Origin: a virus
Lineage: Duplodnaviria; Caudoviricetes
DNA length: 28,746 nt
Virus record (IMG/VR): IMGVR_UViG_3300020426_000019
Span: 1 to 28,746 of that record
Direction: 5' to 3' (one strand)
A program made the position numbers and the translations under genes. The notes beneath the pieces are model-generated. The model saw nothing but the letters and a program-made list of their open reading frames with translations. It was not told the DNA's origin and ran no database searches. Shown here piece after piece: positions 9,910 through 18,880 of this stretch; positions within the stretch are counted from its first letter, which is position 1, and each line of letters begins with the position of its first letter.

Positions 9910-10344
9910 TCATCCGGGCAGCAGCCGCTGTTTCCAACTATCCCACGATTTGATGGTGCCAAACTTAAGAGGCATCATCAGGTCCAGTTTGACGCCGTAA
10001 TGACCCTCATTGCCTGCGCCATCGTCCCAACCACCAACAATTTTTGCGCGACATAGCATGCCCTCGGGATCCTCGCGGCCCAGGTCTTTAAGACATGACC
10101 TGTAACGGCGAGCATCTTTTCGCGCTAAATAGCCAACGATCAGAATCTTTCCACTCGCGAAAACGATGAAGACGGCAACCGCCTTATCGTCGTGCAGATT
10201 ATCGTCATGTCGAACAAGGGCTGCCAGGCAGTCAAGATCATGCCCTGATGGAGACTTTGGACCTGCGATCCAGCTTAGGTGATTTTGCCGGTGGCTCTCA
10301 CCAACGATGTTGAAATCGAAACGGCCGTTACCCTTCATCAACAT
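9910..10344 (-). CDS. HIRAN-domain-like moron protein (~144 aa)
   Basis: IVGESHRQ...LVRHDDNLHDDKAVAV...VGYLAR matches the HIRAN pattern. Start re-assigned to ATG 10344 (or 10338) after GGGGAG. Confidence 0.75.
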   Translation of the reverse strand: MLMKGNGRFDFNIVGESHRQNHLSWIAGPKSPSGHDLDCLAALVRHDDNLHDDKAVAVFIVFASGKILIVGYLARKDARRYRSCLKDLGREDPEGMLCRAKIVGGWDDGAGNEGHYGVKLDLMMPLKFGTIKSWDSWKQRLLPG

Positions 10345-10414
10345 GACCACGCTGATCACTCCCCGCAAAGCAGATGAGTGTGGCAACGTGACAATCAGAT
10401 CGGAGTGAGTCGAG

Positions 10415-10828
10415 TCACCCCAGCACCGACCGCAGCCGGGCAAGCTCCAGCTCTTTTTCCCGCTCCGTCGGCGCTGCCCGCCACGGCGCCGGACAGTTCT
10501 CGCTCTCGGCGCTGCGCCCTTCCGCCACATAGGCGACTGAGAGCGATCGCAGCAGGCGGGCCTCCCACGGCGCAAGGTCGATGCCTGTCCGCCGGCACCA
10601 TGCATCGATGGTAAGCCAGCTGATCGGGCCTGAGCCCATGCCGGCCGCTTCGGAAAGGCCGATCTCCACCAGCCGGTTGATGATGTGAGGGGCCGGGTTG
10701 GGCGGCATCTGCGGGACGATGCCATCCCGCTTGTATCGCTCCATCCGGCTGATCGCGGGCGGCTGATCCTTCGCCGCCGCCCGCTTCGTTCCCGCTGGCG
10801 GCTTGGGCGTGGCATGCAGCCACGCCAT
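10415..10828 (-). CDS. Tail assembly chaperone, T part (C-terminal part of the G-T frameshift fusion)
   Basis: Open in the -1 frame from the slippery site (LQARIDRELKLYVRQMAWLH...); PISWLTIDAWCRRTG motif. Confidence 0.85.
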   Translation of the reverse strand: MAWLHATPKPPAGTKRAAAKDQPPAISRMERYKRDGIVPQMPPNPAPHIINRLVEIGLSEAAGMGSGPISWLTIDAWCRRTGIDLAPWEARLLRSLSVAYVAEGRSAESENCPAPWRAAPTEREKELELARLRSVLG

Positions 10829-10845
10829 TTGCCGGACGTAAAGCT

Positions 10846-11265
10846 TCAGTTCCCGGTCGATCCGGGCTTGAAGTTTCCCCAGTCCTTGACCGCCTTCATG
10901 ATCTGCTGGGGAATGAAGCCGAGCGTGATATCGGCGTAGAGGGCCTTGAACAGATCCTTGCCCTGCGCGCCGGCGGCGGGTGGATAGGTGAAGTTTTCCA
11001 GCGCGACCGTCAGGTCGGCCAGATCCTCGGCCTGCTCGTTGGCGCGCTGCTCGGGGGAGGCTACGGACACCTTGCCGTCATTATCCTGCATGCGCTTGAC
11101 CGCGCGATTGGTCTGGCGCGCCTCGATCGCGGCGAACTGCTTGGAGCCCGGCCCATAGATGACGATGCGGACAGGCTTGCCCTCGGAATAGAGATGCTCG
11201 CCGTCGGCACCCTTGAGGTGAATGGCGGCGGTGTCCTGCACCGCCTGGCTGGTAATATCGAACAT
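10846..11265 (-). CDS. Tail assembly chaperone (gpG-like)
   Basis: Between tail tube and TMP; ends WGNFKPGSTGN, spanning the slippery heptamer. Confidence 0.85.
   Translation of the reverse strand: MFDITSQAVQDTAAIHLKGADGEHLYSEGKPVRIVIYGPGSKQFAAIEARQTNRAVKRMQDNDGKVSVASPEQRANEQAEDLADLTVALENFTYPPAAGAQGKDLFKALYADITLGFIPQQIMKAVKDWGNFKPGSTGN
10852..10879 (-). promoter_or_regulatory. Programmed -1 ribosomal frameshift signal
   Basis: G GGA AAC (10879-10873) in the correct frame, then a 6-nt spacer and hairpin CCCGG-ATCGA-CCGGG. Confidence 0.85.
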
Positions 11266-11368
11266 AAGTTAACGTCCTTCGCGGGAGGGTGCACCGACCC
11301 GACCCGCCACCCGCGATGTGCGGGGCGGGCCGATGCGCAGTGACCGGCTGCTGCCGGAATGGAGAGAA

Positions 11369-11812
11369 TCAGGCCGAGCGGACGACCTTCTTGCTGAGCT
11401 CGATGGTCGGGTTGACCATGATGATGCTGTCGGCGTTGCCGATATTCTCGGGGTAGCCGAACGCGCGGCCCTGCGACCAGCGCTTCTCGCCGGTCGGATA
11501 GGTGACCTGGATCGAGTAGAGCGCGTTATTGTCCGGTTCGGCGGCCGTGCGCAGCAGCGTCTGCCCGGCATCATCGTCATTATGCGCGATCGCGGGCTGC
11601 AGCGAGCCGAAGTCGGTCGACCCCTTGTGCTTTTCCTTAGGGCCATCGAGCGGCTGGAATTCCACCTTGTTGGTGGTCGCGCCGATGACGCCGATCTGCT
11701 CGACGCCGCCAATCTTCGTGAAGGTAAGGGCGCCGTAGCCTGCAGCGTCTTCGGTGGCGGGAAGGGCAGCCGAGATCGCGATCATCGTGCCCGCAGCAGT
11801 GGTGGATGCCAT
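11369..11812 (-). CDS. Major tail (tube) protein
   Basis: 147 aa; KHKGSTDFGSL and DDDAGQTLLRTA motifs; located before the chaperones; AGGAG RBS. Confidence 0.85.
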   Translation of the reverse strand: MASTTAAGTMIAISAALPATEDAAGYGALTFTKIGGVEQIGVIGATTNKVEFQPLDGPKEKHKGSTDFGSLQPAIAHNDDDAGQTLLRTAAEPDNNALYSIQVTYPTGEKRWSQGRAFGYPENIGNADSIIMVNPTIELSKKVVRSA

Positions 11813-11881
11813 GGTATTTCTCCTGTGTGGCGAGCCGGACTATCCGGCGGAAACCGTCCGCGCGGGCGGACGAAGGTCGTA

Positions 11882-12064
11882 TCAGGCCTTCTTGGTATCG
11901 GCCTTGGCGTCGGCGGCGCCGGTGGCGGCTTCTACCAGCCCGGCCGCCGCGTAATTGGTGAACTCGCCGTCGGTCAGGTCGATCGCCTCGCCGGCCGCAT
12001 AGCGTTTGTTCGTGCCGGCATCGTTGAAGTTGCGCAGCACCTTCGCCTTCTTCATGGTGGACAT
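11882..12064 (-). CDS. Small phage protein (60 aa)
   Basis: AGGAG RBS before ATG 12064; KVLRNFNDAGT...YAAG..I motif, typical of small head/tail-region proteins. Confidence 0.7.
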   Translation of the reverse strand: MSTMKKAKVLRNFNDAGTNKRYAAGEAIDLTDGEFTNYAAAGLVEAATGAADAKADTKKA

Positions 12065-12077
12065 GGATATTCTCCTG

Positions 12078-12488
12078 CTAATCCTCAGCGTCCCAGCTGA
12101 TCTTGAAATCCTGTGTTTTTTCGAAGCTGCCGCCCGGGCCATTGACGTCAGGCCCCATGCCGGCGGTCAGGATCGACACGTTGCGCCCGCCGCCCAGCTG
12201 TCCGGTCTTCCCGGCGCACGCGCGCCGCACCGCCGCGATCACCGCCTTGCGATTGCGGTGACTGGCGGCGCGCACCGTGACGGAAACCCTGTCCGTACGC
12301 CGCACCAGCGCCTCGCGCGTCAGGGGCTGCCGATCAGTCGAACTGGTGCCATTCACCAGCAACGCGTCCAGCGCGATCCCTTCCGGCAACAAACCGGCCT
12401 TGATCCGCTCCGCGGGAACCAGCTGCAGCAGCGCGGCGTCCTCCAGCAACAGCGCGCCGATGATGTCGCTGCCTTCCAGCACCGTCAT
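12078..12488 (-). CDS. Tail terminator/completion protein
   Basis: Position and size (136 aa); ATGA coupling; DRVSVTVRA strand pattern. Confidence 0.75.
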   Translation of the reverse strand: MTVLEGSDIIGALLLEDAALLQLVPAERIKAGLLPEGIALDALLVNGTSSTDRQPLTREALVRRTDRVSVTVRAASHRNRKAVIAAVRRACAGKTGQLGGGRNVSILTAGMGPDVNGPGGSFEKTQDFKISWDAED

Positions 12489-13021
12489 TCCTCGCTCCCT
12501 TCGTCCGTGACGGCGATGCCGCGCCGGGAAACCCGCGCATTGATGTAAGCTTGGGCGGCGCGGATCGCGTCCTGCTCCTTCACGTCCAGCGCGGGCCGTA
12601 GGAACGGGTGTGGCCGCGCGCCGGGATGCCAGACCGTGCTGCCGACGAACTTGCCGCCGATCACCAGCGACGCATTTCCACCCGCCTCGCGCGTCTGGAC
12701 ATTGATACGGCGAACCGATCGACCCTCGCGCTGGCTGTCATCGACGCTGATGAAGTGTGCATCTGTGCCATATTCGAGCCACAGCGCTCGGGACCAGATA
12801 TAGCCAGGCTTCACCGTCACCGTGACGACTATCCGACCTTCATCCTGGCGCGACTTCACGATCACGGCTTCAGCAACGTCATCGGAAGCCGATCGGCTTT
12901 TTGCTTCCTCGGCGATCACCCTGCCGCCCGCGCGCCCCGCTCCGCGCAACATGCGCGTGATCTGGCCGGGAAGGTCGTTCATGTAGGCTCGGACTTCGCT
13001 TTTCCCCGTCACCGTCGGCAT
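12485..13021 (-). CDS. HK97 gp10-family neck protein (178 aa)
   Basis: WLEYGT and HPGARPHPFLRPALD motifs. Start re-assigned to ATG 13021 (TGATG overlap). Confidence 0.88.
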   Translation of the reverse strand: MPTVTGKSEVRAYMNDLPGQITRMLRGAGRAGGRVIAEEAKSRSASDDVAEAVIVKSRQDEGRIVVTVTVKPGYIWSRALWLEYGTDAHFISVDDSQREGRSVRRINVQTREAGGNASLVIGGKFVGSTVWHPGARPHPFLRPALDVKEQDAIRAAQAYINARVSRRGIAVTDEGSEE

Positions 13022-13368
13022 CACGCGGCATTCCCGGCCGGGCTGTACTCCTCGACCATGAACTCCAGCGCCTCGCGCCGGCCAAGCTCGGCGGGGCCAG
13101 ACACGATCTGCATAATACGGTCGCCCATGACAAAGCGCATGGCCGACGTGATGCCGGTGCGATAGCGGATGCGCACGCGCGCGGGACGCGCGGCGACGTT
13201 GATGCCCTCGGCAAGGCGCTCGCCCCGGCTGGGCAGCATGTCCTGCACATTCGCCCAGACGGTGATGACCGGCTCCCACTCGCCCGAACCGGCGGCGTCA
13301 AAGCCCTCGGCGGCTACAGGGCGCTCGATGCGCACCCGGCGGTCAAGCGTCCCTGCATCGAGCGTCAT
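13021..13368 (-). CDS. Head closure / head-tail adaptor (SPP1 gp16-like)
   Basis: AGTLDRRVRIER, VWANV and VRIRYRTGITSAMR motifs. Confidence 0.9.
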   Translation of the reverse strand: MTLDAGTLDRRVRIERPVAAEGFDAAGSGEWEPVITVWANVQDMLPSRGERLAEGINVAARPARVRIRYRTGITSAMRFVMGDRIMQIVSGPAELGRREALEFMVEEYSPAGNAA

Positions 13369-13970
13369 CAGCGATAGACCCTGTAGGGTTGGAGCAGGCT
13401 TTCCACCGTCGTTGACATGGGGATCGACGTCGCGGTGATGTTCATGTCCGACGCTGACGTGCGGAAGCGGTAGAGGTCGCCTACCATCAGCAGGATTGCG
13501 GCGCGGATCGGTGCGGGGATGTTGGGCACCACCGGATCGGCATCAGGGTTCACGGCATAACCAGCGCGATAGCGGATGCGAACGACATCAGCATCAGCAC
13601 CCCGCCACTGAGCGTTTGGCCACACGCGCGGCCATGCCGGGCGCAGCAATTGGCCCGCCAGTTCGTAGTCATCATCGGCGACGCTGGCGATCTCGCCCGC
13701 ACTGTCGACATATTCAATCGAAGCGATGTCGACGGCAGGCGGATAATCCAGCGCGATCGACGTGAGGCCGAAGGCGGGCAGGCACATCTCCAGCGTCTGC
13801 AAACCTATCGCCCGGCCAAGCCAGCCCGAAGGGCCGTCAATGTGAGCCGTAGCGGCGGCGATCAGCCCCTCGACAAAGGCCTGCTCGTCGTCACCATCCA
13901 GACGCAGATGCGTCTTCGCCTCTTCCCACGTCACGACGGGATCAGGCGGGGTGACGACGGTGACGCGCAT
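13368..13970 (-). CDS. Head-tail connector (HK97 gp6-like)
   Basis: VTWEEAKTHLRLD, LIAAAT and PAPIRAAILLMVGDLYRFR motifs. Confidence 0.9.
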   Translation of the reverse strand: MRVTVVTPPDPVVTWEEAKTHLRLDGDDEQAFVEGLIAAATAHIDGPSGWLGRAIGLQTLEMCLPAFGLTSIALDYPPAVDIASIEYVDSAGEIASVADDDYELAGQLLRPAWPRVWPNAQWRGADADVVRIRYRAGYAVNPDADPVVPNIPAPIRAAILLMVGDLYRFRTSASDMNITATSIPMSTTVESLLQPYRVYR

Positions 13971-14284
13971 CAGGCGATGACCGTCGCCGTCTCAGCCGAC
14001 ACCGCTTTGACGGTGTTGGCGCTGTTCAGTGCATTGGTGGCCGTCACCTCATAGGTGATCTTGGCGCCGACATCGCCAGCCTGAACGACATAGGTTGCAG
14101 CCGTGGCGCCGGAAATGGCAGCGCCATCGCGCAGCCAGCGATGGGCACTAACAGTGCCGTTGCGAACCGTCCCGCTTGCGCCCGTCAGGGTCTGGCCGAC
14201 CTGGGCGGTGCCGGTGATCGACGGCGCGGCGGTGAAAGCCGGCGCGCACATGAAGCCGCGCGAGCGCTGAGCGGAACGGGCCAT
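13970..14284 (-). CDS. Ig-like domain protein, probable virion decoration
   Basis: APSITGTAQVGQTLT...RWLRDGAAISGATAATY...DVGAKITYEVTATN. Confidence 0.8.
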   Translation of the reverse strand: MARSAQRSRGFMCAPAFTAAPSITGTAQVGQTLTGASGTVRNGTVSAHRWLRDGAAISGATAATYVVQAGDVGAKITYEVTATNALNSANTVKAVSAETATVIA

Positions 14285-14286
14285 GG

Positions 14287-14550
14287 TCAAGCGTCCTTGG
14301 TCTTGGGATCGGCGGCCTTCTTGTTGGCCGGCTCGGGCGCCTTCTTCTCGCCGCCCTCGGCCTTGCTCTCGTCGGGGTCGATGGTGCGCTGGCTGCCCGC
14401 TTCGACTTCCTTGGCCGTCGCCTCGCGCACCAGCTTCTTCTTCTCCAGTTCGGTGAACCGGGTCGAGGAAATGTCCCGCAGGATCATGCCGGCGGTGACG
14501 GAACCGTTATCGCCGTAGTGATCGTCCAGAACGTAGGCGTTCTTGCTCAT
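14287..14550 (-). CDS. Small post-capsid protein (87 aa)
   Basis: AAAGGAG RBS before ATG 14550; Lys/Ala/Pro-rich tail (KKAPEPANKKA). Confidence 0.75.
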   Translation of the reverse strand: MSKNAYVLDDHYGDNGSVTAGMILRDISSTRFTELEKKKLVREATAKEVEAGSQRTIDPDESKAEGGEKKAPEPANKKAADPKTKDA

Positions 14551-14602
14551 GTGCTGCTCCTTTCGGGTCATCAGCGCGGGGTTGCGCCGATGATCGGAAA
14601 GG

Positions 14603-14628
14603 GGGTCCATCGGAATTACGATGGACCC
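14603..14628 (-). terminator. Stem-loop after helper capsid gene (terminator/attenuator)
   Basis: GGGTCCATCG-6nt-CGATGGACCC, followed by a short CCTTT on the minus strand. Confidence 0.6.
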
Positions 14629-14640
14629 ACCTCCGTCAGG

Positions 14641-16008
14641 TCAGGCGATGACCAGCGAGCCCTTCACCAGAGCCGCCGGGCGGCGCACGACCAGCGCCAG
14701 GCGCTTCTCGGCACGAACCGTCAGCATGTTCTTGATGAAATTGTCGCGGTCCTGATCCGAGATGCGGACCTCGGTGTCCATGCGATCGAAGATCTGGCCG
14801 GCCAGCTTGAAATTGCCGGTCAGGAAGTTGTTCGCGCCGATGCGCTTGGTCGACACGACCGGGCGGCCCCAGAGGACCGGGCCAGCCACGCCCTGCGGAT
14901 TGGCGAAGATATAGCCTCCGGCCGCGTCCTTGGTCAGTTCGATGTTCGCCCACTGGGTGGGATGGATGACGATACCGTCGGGGGCGAAGTCGGCCAGCTC
15001 GACCTGCAGGATGGCGAGGCGCAGACGGTCAATCTTGGTTTCGCCCGAGATCGAGACGCCCGACGGCTGCGCATATGCGGTCGCCTGGGTATAAAGGCCA
15101 TTGAGATGCTGGCCGGTGCCGTCGCCAAGCAGAAGCTCGGCATCTTCGACGTCGTCCAGACCCCAGCGCAGTTCGCCATCGATCAAGCTTTCCAGCTGCG
15201 GGATATCGTCCATGGCCTGGCGCGAAACCGGAACCCAGTGTGCGATCGTGCGCACCGGGGCGTCATCCACGTCCCATTCATAGACCGATTCCGGCTTCTG
15301 GGCGCCCTCCGCCACAGGGGCGGCGTTGTTGGTGCGAGTCACCTGCTTGGCGAACTCGATCGAATTGCCATCGGTGCGGCCGGGCGTCAGCAGATCGCGA
15401 ACGCGCAGACCCATGCGCGGCATCGTCACGATATCGGACTGGCGGTCAGGACGGATCAGGCCACCTGCCGAGCCGGCAGCCGTGGTGACTGCCTTCACGC
15501 TGAAACCGATCGTGCCCTTGCATCCGCCATCGACATAGGCGCGCACCTCGTCGTGATTGGCGACTTCGACGCCCAGGCTTTTCAGCGCGGGCTGGTCATC
15601 ATCACCACCGCGGCGCGACTGGGCCAGCTTCTGCGACAGTTCGGTGATCTCGCCGCGCAGGCCTTCCAGTTCGGAAAGAGCCTTGTCCGCCTTTTCCTTG
15701 GTTTCGGTCGACACCTTTTCACCGGCTTCGCTCTTCGCCTTGAATTCCTTGGCGAACTCCTTCACCTCGCCGAGCGTTTCGCCCAGCTGCTTCTGAAGGC
15801 CCTCCAGCGTTTTGTCTTCCCCGTCGGGCGCTTTACGGCCGAATTCACGCGCCATCGGCAGCGCGGTCATGGCCATCGCGATTGGCCCGAATGCATCAGC
15901 GGAAGAGGCGGGGCTTAAATGCCCCAATGCAGTTGCGGCCATAGCCGCGTCCGGAATGACGGTAAGCGCCATCGCCACGGCAAGCGCCGCGAAGAGAAAA
16001 GTTCGCAT
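14641..16008 (-). CDS. HK97-fold major capsid protein of helper, with hydrophobic N-terminal leader
   Basis: VAEGAQKPES, TIAHWVPVSRQ, LLGDGTGQHL and DNFIKNMLTVRAEKR motifs; TAAGGA RBS supports the long start. Confidence 0.96.
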   Translation of the reverse strand: MRTFLFAALAVAMALTVIPDAAMAATALGHLSPASSADAFGPIAMAMTALPMAREFGRKAPDGEDKTLEGLQKQLGETLGEVKEFAKEFKAKSEAGEKVSTETKEKADKALSELEGLRGEITELSQKLAQSRRGGDDDQPALKSLGVEVANHDEVRAYVDGGCKGTIGFSVKAVTTAAGSAGGLIRPDRQSDIVTMPRMGLRVRDLLTPGRTDGNSIEFAKQVTRTNNAAPVAEGAQKPESVYEWDVDDAPVRTIAHWVPVSRQAMDDIPQLESLIDGELRWGLDDVEDAELLLGDGTGQHLNGLYTQATAYAQPSGVSISGETKIDRLRLAILQVELADFAPDGIVIHPTQWANIELTKDAAGGYIFANPQGVAGPVLWGRPVVSTKRIGANNFLTGNFKLAGQIFDRMDTEVRISDQDRDNFIKNMLTVRAEKRLALVVRRPAALVKGSLVIA

Positions 16009-16018
16009 GATGATTTCC

Positions 16019-16741
16019 TTAGTCGGCGGACTTCAGGGAGAAGCCGGCCAGGGTGTCCGAGAGGCCTTTAAGGGCCGGGGTGATCGTCGTATCGCGCTCG
16101 GACTCCCTCCGGCGCAGTTCAGCCAAGCCGCTGCCGACGAGGCCAGCGGCACGGGTCTTCGAGAAACCTGCATCCCGCAGGAACTTCTCAAATTCTCGAT
16201 CAGTGGGCAGCTCGCCATGCGCAAGCTTGAATTTGACGGCTTCGACCCGCGCATCATCATTGGCGGGGAAGGTGACGAGGCTGATCTCGACAAGGTCCAA
16301 CTTCGTCAGTGTGCGGATGCCGGTCTTCTCGTCATAGGACGATTCACGCACCCAATACCCAATGGATAGGCCGGTCACGGTGCGGGCCTTCATGTGCGCA
16401 TAGGCGCGCTTTTCCATCTCGCCGGCATCCAGCAGGATCTGGCCTTCGCCGAAAAGGCCGTGATCGTCCTCTTTCAGATTGGCCCACGCACCGATCGGCT
16501 CACTGCTGCGATGCTGCCATAGGACAGGGACGGGACGCCCCTTCGCTGCCAGCTCGGCCAGGCTTTCGGTGAACGCTCCTTTGGCGACCACTTCCTGATA
16601 GCTGTCGACCACGTCCCAGACGGAGCCATAGCCGTTGAACTTGCCGTCTTCCGAAACCGCTTTGATCTCGAAATCGAAGTCGCGGACCTTGAGTGCCCCG
16701 CTGTGCTTGCGCCCGAAGGCGCGATCAATACGCATCGTCAA
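16019..16741 (-). CDS. HK97-family prohead protease (helper)
   Basis: FNGYGSVW, LWQH, GLSIGY and EISLVTFPAND motifs. Confidence 0.95.
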   Translation of the reverse strand: MTMRIDRAFGRKHSGALKVRDFDFEIKAVSEDGKFNGYGSVWDVVDSYQEVVAKGAFTESLAELAAKGRPVPVLWQHRSSEPIGAWANLKEDDHGLFGEGQILLDAGEMEKRAYAHMKARTVTGLSIGYWVRESSYDEKTGIRTLTKLDLVEISLVTFPANDDARVEAVKFKLAHGELPTDREFEKFLRDAGFSKTRAAGLVGSGLAELRRRESERDTTITPALKGLSDTLAGFSLKSAD

Positions 16742-18102
16742 TCCTCCAGGCGCGGGCCGCCATTGTGGTTCATCAGCGCCGCTTTCACGCGGGCATCAAT
16801 CAGGCTGTCAACATCGCCGCCGAACAGCAGGTTCATCAGCGCCGATCGGGCACCCTGTTCCGGCGCGTCGACCTGTCCCAGCTTGTCGAGCGGGACGAGG
16901 TTGGACTGCACCGTAAGGAAATCGTCGCCCGGCAGCGAAGGCAGGTTCTCGCGGTTGCGCATTTCGCCGCGCGTCATCACACCATTCTGGCCGAAGGCGG
17001 AATAGAGCGCCGCGCGCGCCGCGCTGTCCGCCGCCATCAGCGCCTCGCGGTTGATCTCGGGATAGACCCGCTTGCGTTCGGCCACCGGCAGCAGTTGCTT
17101 TTTCACGGCCTGCTGGATGTTTGTGAGCAGCGGATTGAGCAGCAGCGTCTGCCAGCCGAGCAGCAGTTGCTCAATGCCACTGCCCCACATCGTCTGCCCT
17201 TTGGCGGCGTGCCCGATCAGCATCGGAAGGACGCCGAACCAGCGGCAGATTTCCTCCACATCCCAGGCGCGAGACTCCAGAAGCTGCGCATCGGCAGGGC
17301 TCATCTTGATCGGATGGAACTTGAAATCCTTTTCCAGCGGGACGATCCGACCGCGCATCGCGTCGCCCAGCCATGCATCAAAGATCGTCAGCAGGTCCGC
17401 GCGCTGTTCGGGGCTGAGCTTGGTGCTTCCCGTCTCCATCAGGCCCGCGATTTGCAGGCCGCCGCGAAAGGTGTCCGAGGCCGTCTTGTTCGCGGCAATT
17501 GCCCCGCCCAGCGTGCGCCGGCCGAACTCGATCGCCGACAGCCCCACATCGCCGCCTAGGGTCAGGCCGCGCAGGTGGAAAATCTTGTCCGCCGGCAGTT
17601 CCTCTGACTTGCCGCGATCCTGATAGATATAAACCCGCTCGTTACGGCTGTTGCGCTTGACCTGCATCAGGTCCGGCGCAAGCGGCGTCAGCGCGGTAAC
17701 ACGCGGCCCGAGCGTCTCCTTTTCCGCGAAGGCATTGCCCCACAGGTCCATGGCGGCCACCTGACCGGCCCAGAACTCGGCAGCGGTCTGGTCGCGGTTC
17801 GGCTCTTCGTGAACGAGCTCATAAAGCCAATGATCCTGCCGCGCTTTTCGCCCGCCATCGGACTTCTCGAACACGCCCATGCCCATCGCGCCTACGACAT
17901 CCGACCTAAGCCGGACGCAGGCCCAGGCGGTCGGTAGTCCCAGCGTCGTTTTCGCCGTGACAGACTGTCCGGCGCTGTCGATCCGGCTGCCGAGAGCGAT
18001 GGCCTTGCGGGTTGGCTCGTCTACAGGATCGCCGCTCAGCTTCCCATTCTGGCCGCTGCCGAACAGACGCAGGGTGGAGCCGACCCAAGTGCCGATACCC
18101 AT
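16738..18102 (-). CDS. HK97-family portal protein
   Basis: AWACVRL, IFHLRG, DAQLLESR, EEICRWFGV and MTRGEMRNRENLP motifs. Confidence 0.95.
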   Translation of the reverse strand: MGIGTWVGSTLRLFGSGQNGKLSGDPVDEPTRKAIALGSRIDSAGQSVTAKTTLGLPTAWACVRLRSDVVGAMGMGVFEKSDGGRKARQDHWLYELVHEEPNRDQTAAEFWAGQVAAMDLWGNAFAEKETLGPRVTALTPLAPDLMQVKRNSRNERVYIYQDRGKSEELPADKIFHLRGLTLGGDVGLSAIEFGRRTLGGAIAANKTASDTFRGGLQIAGLMETGSTKLSPEQRADLLTIFDAWLGDAMRGRIVPLEKDFKFHPIKMSPADAQLLESRAWDVEEICRWFGVLPMLIGHAAKGQTMWGSGIEQLLLGWQTLLLNPLLTNIQQAVKKQLLPVAERKRVYPEINREALMAADSAARAALYSAFGQNGVMTRGEMRNRENLPSLPGDDFLTVQSNLVPLDKLGQVDAPEQGARSALMNLLFGGDVDSLIDARVKAALMNHNGGPRLED

Positions 18103-18850
18103 CAGCCGGCCGCCTGCATCTGGGCTTTCAGACCGGAGATCAGGTCGTCCATATCGTCATTGTCGGCGGTGAGCGCCGCGACCCCGCGCGCCATGACTGC
18201 TGCGACCATGCCGTCGATCCTTCCTGTGGATTTGGCCTTGTCGAGCTTGCGGTTCCCGGCCGGGTCTTTCTTCACCACCGCGTTGGCGGCGCACATGGTC
18301 AGCACGGGGTTGCCGCCGTGCCGGACTTTCTCATTGAGGAAGTCGATCTCGATAAGGTCCATGGCCGGGGCCATGCTGATGAAGCCCTGCCCGAACGGCT
18401 CGAATGGCAATTCAATGCCGACCTTCTGCATCTGCGTTTCGAGCGTCTTGAAGCGGTGACGGTCATAGCCGATCTTGATGACCGGCACGCCCTCGCAGAT
18501 CCGCGCGATGTCGTGGGCGACATATTCGTAATCAACTGCGACACCGGGCGTCGTGTTGATGAAGCCCTTTTCAGCCCAGATGTCGTAGGGCACCCGATCG
18601 CGCTTCGCGTGATCCTTTAGCGTCGCGTCCGGCTTCCAGAACCACGCCCGCAGGTGCCAGACGCCATTCCAGAGCGCGGCCAATACGAAGGCGCAAAGGT
18701 CGGTCGTCTCCGCAAGGTCGAGACCGCCGTAGACTTCGCCCTTCTCGAACGCCTCGTCATCCGTGTCGCCAATGCAGGCGCCCCAGACGCTGGGCGAGAT
18801 GAACGGCGAGAAGCGGTTTACGCGCTGGTTCAGATAGAGGTTGCGGAAGC
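18102..18850 (-). pseudogene. terL: 3' half (nuclease domain) of terminase large subunit, interrupted by satellite insertion
   Basis: The frame of ORF 18102-18683 continues upstream through YGGLDLAETTDL to FRNLYLNQRV, then meets TAA TAG at 18860-18855. Also HGGNPVL and KSTGRIDGMVA motifs. No ATPase domain in the window. Confidence 0.92.
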
Positions 18851-18856
18851 AAACCT
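18838..18856. other. Putative att core of the satellite (junction with terL 3' half)
   Basis: AGGTTG-[CGGAAGC]-AAACCT: inverted arms around a 7-bp spacer, exactly where terL coding stops and 24 bp from the integrase stop. Confidence 0.7.
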
Positions 18857-18880
18857 ATTAGATGGCTGATTTCTGCGGTT

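Larger units (their letters stand above)
1..18850 (-). mobile_element. HK97/lambda-like siphoviral prophage, head and tail operon (putative helper); continues beyond the window
   Basis: Canonical order terL-portal-protease-capsid-connectors-tail tube-G/GT-TMP-tail tip, with many TGATG/ATGA overlaps. Confidence 0.95.

Noticed and set aside
9910-10815. 301-aa ORF as a single protein
   Set aside because: The N-terminal half is Arg-rich off-frame overlap with the T chaperone; only the last ~144 aa look like a real protein
11290-11345. GC-rich imperfect hairpin between tail tube and chaperone genes as an ncRNA
   Set aside because: More simply an attenuator or stability hairpin; no further support
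14518-17623. + strand ORFs of 466, 185, 288 and 183 aa
   Set aside because: Antisense to capsid, protease and portal
18102-18683. 193-aa ORF as a stand-alone nuclease gene
   Set aside because: The TTG start has no clear RBS and omits the GLD catalytic motif; it is part of the split terL
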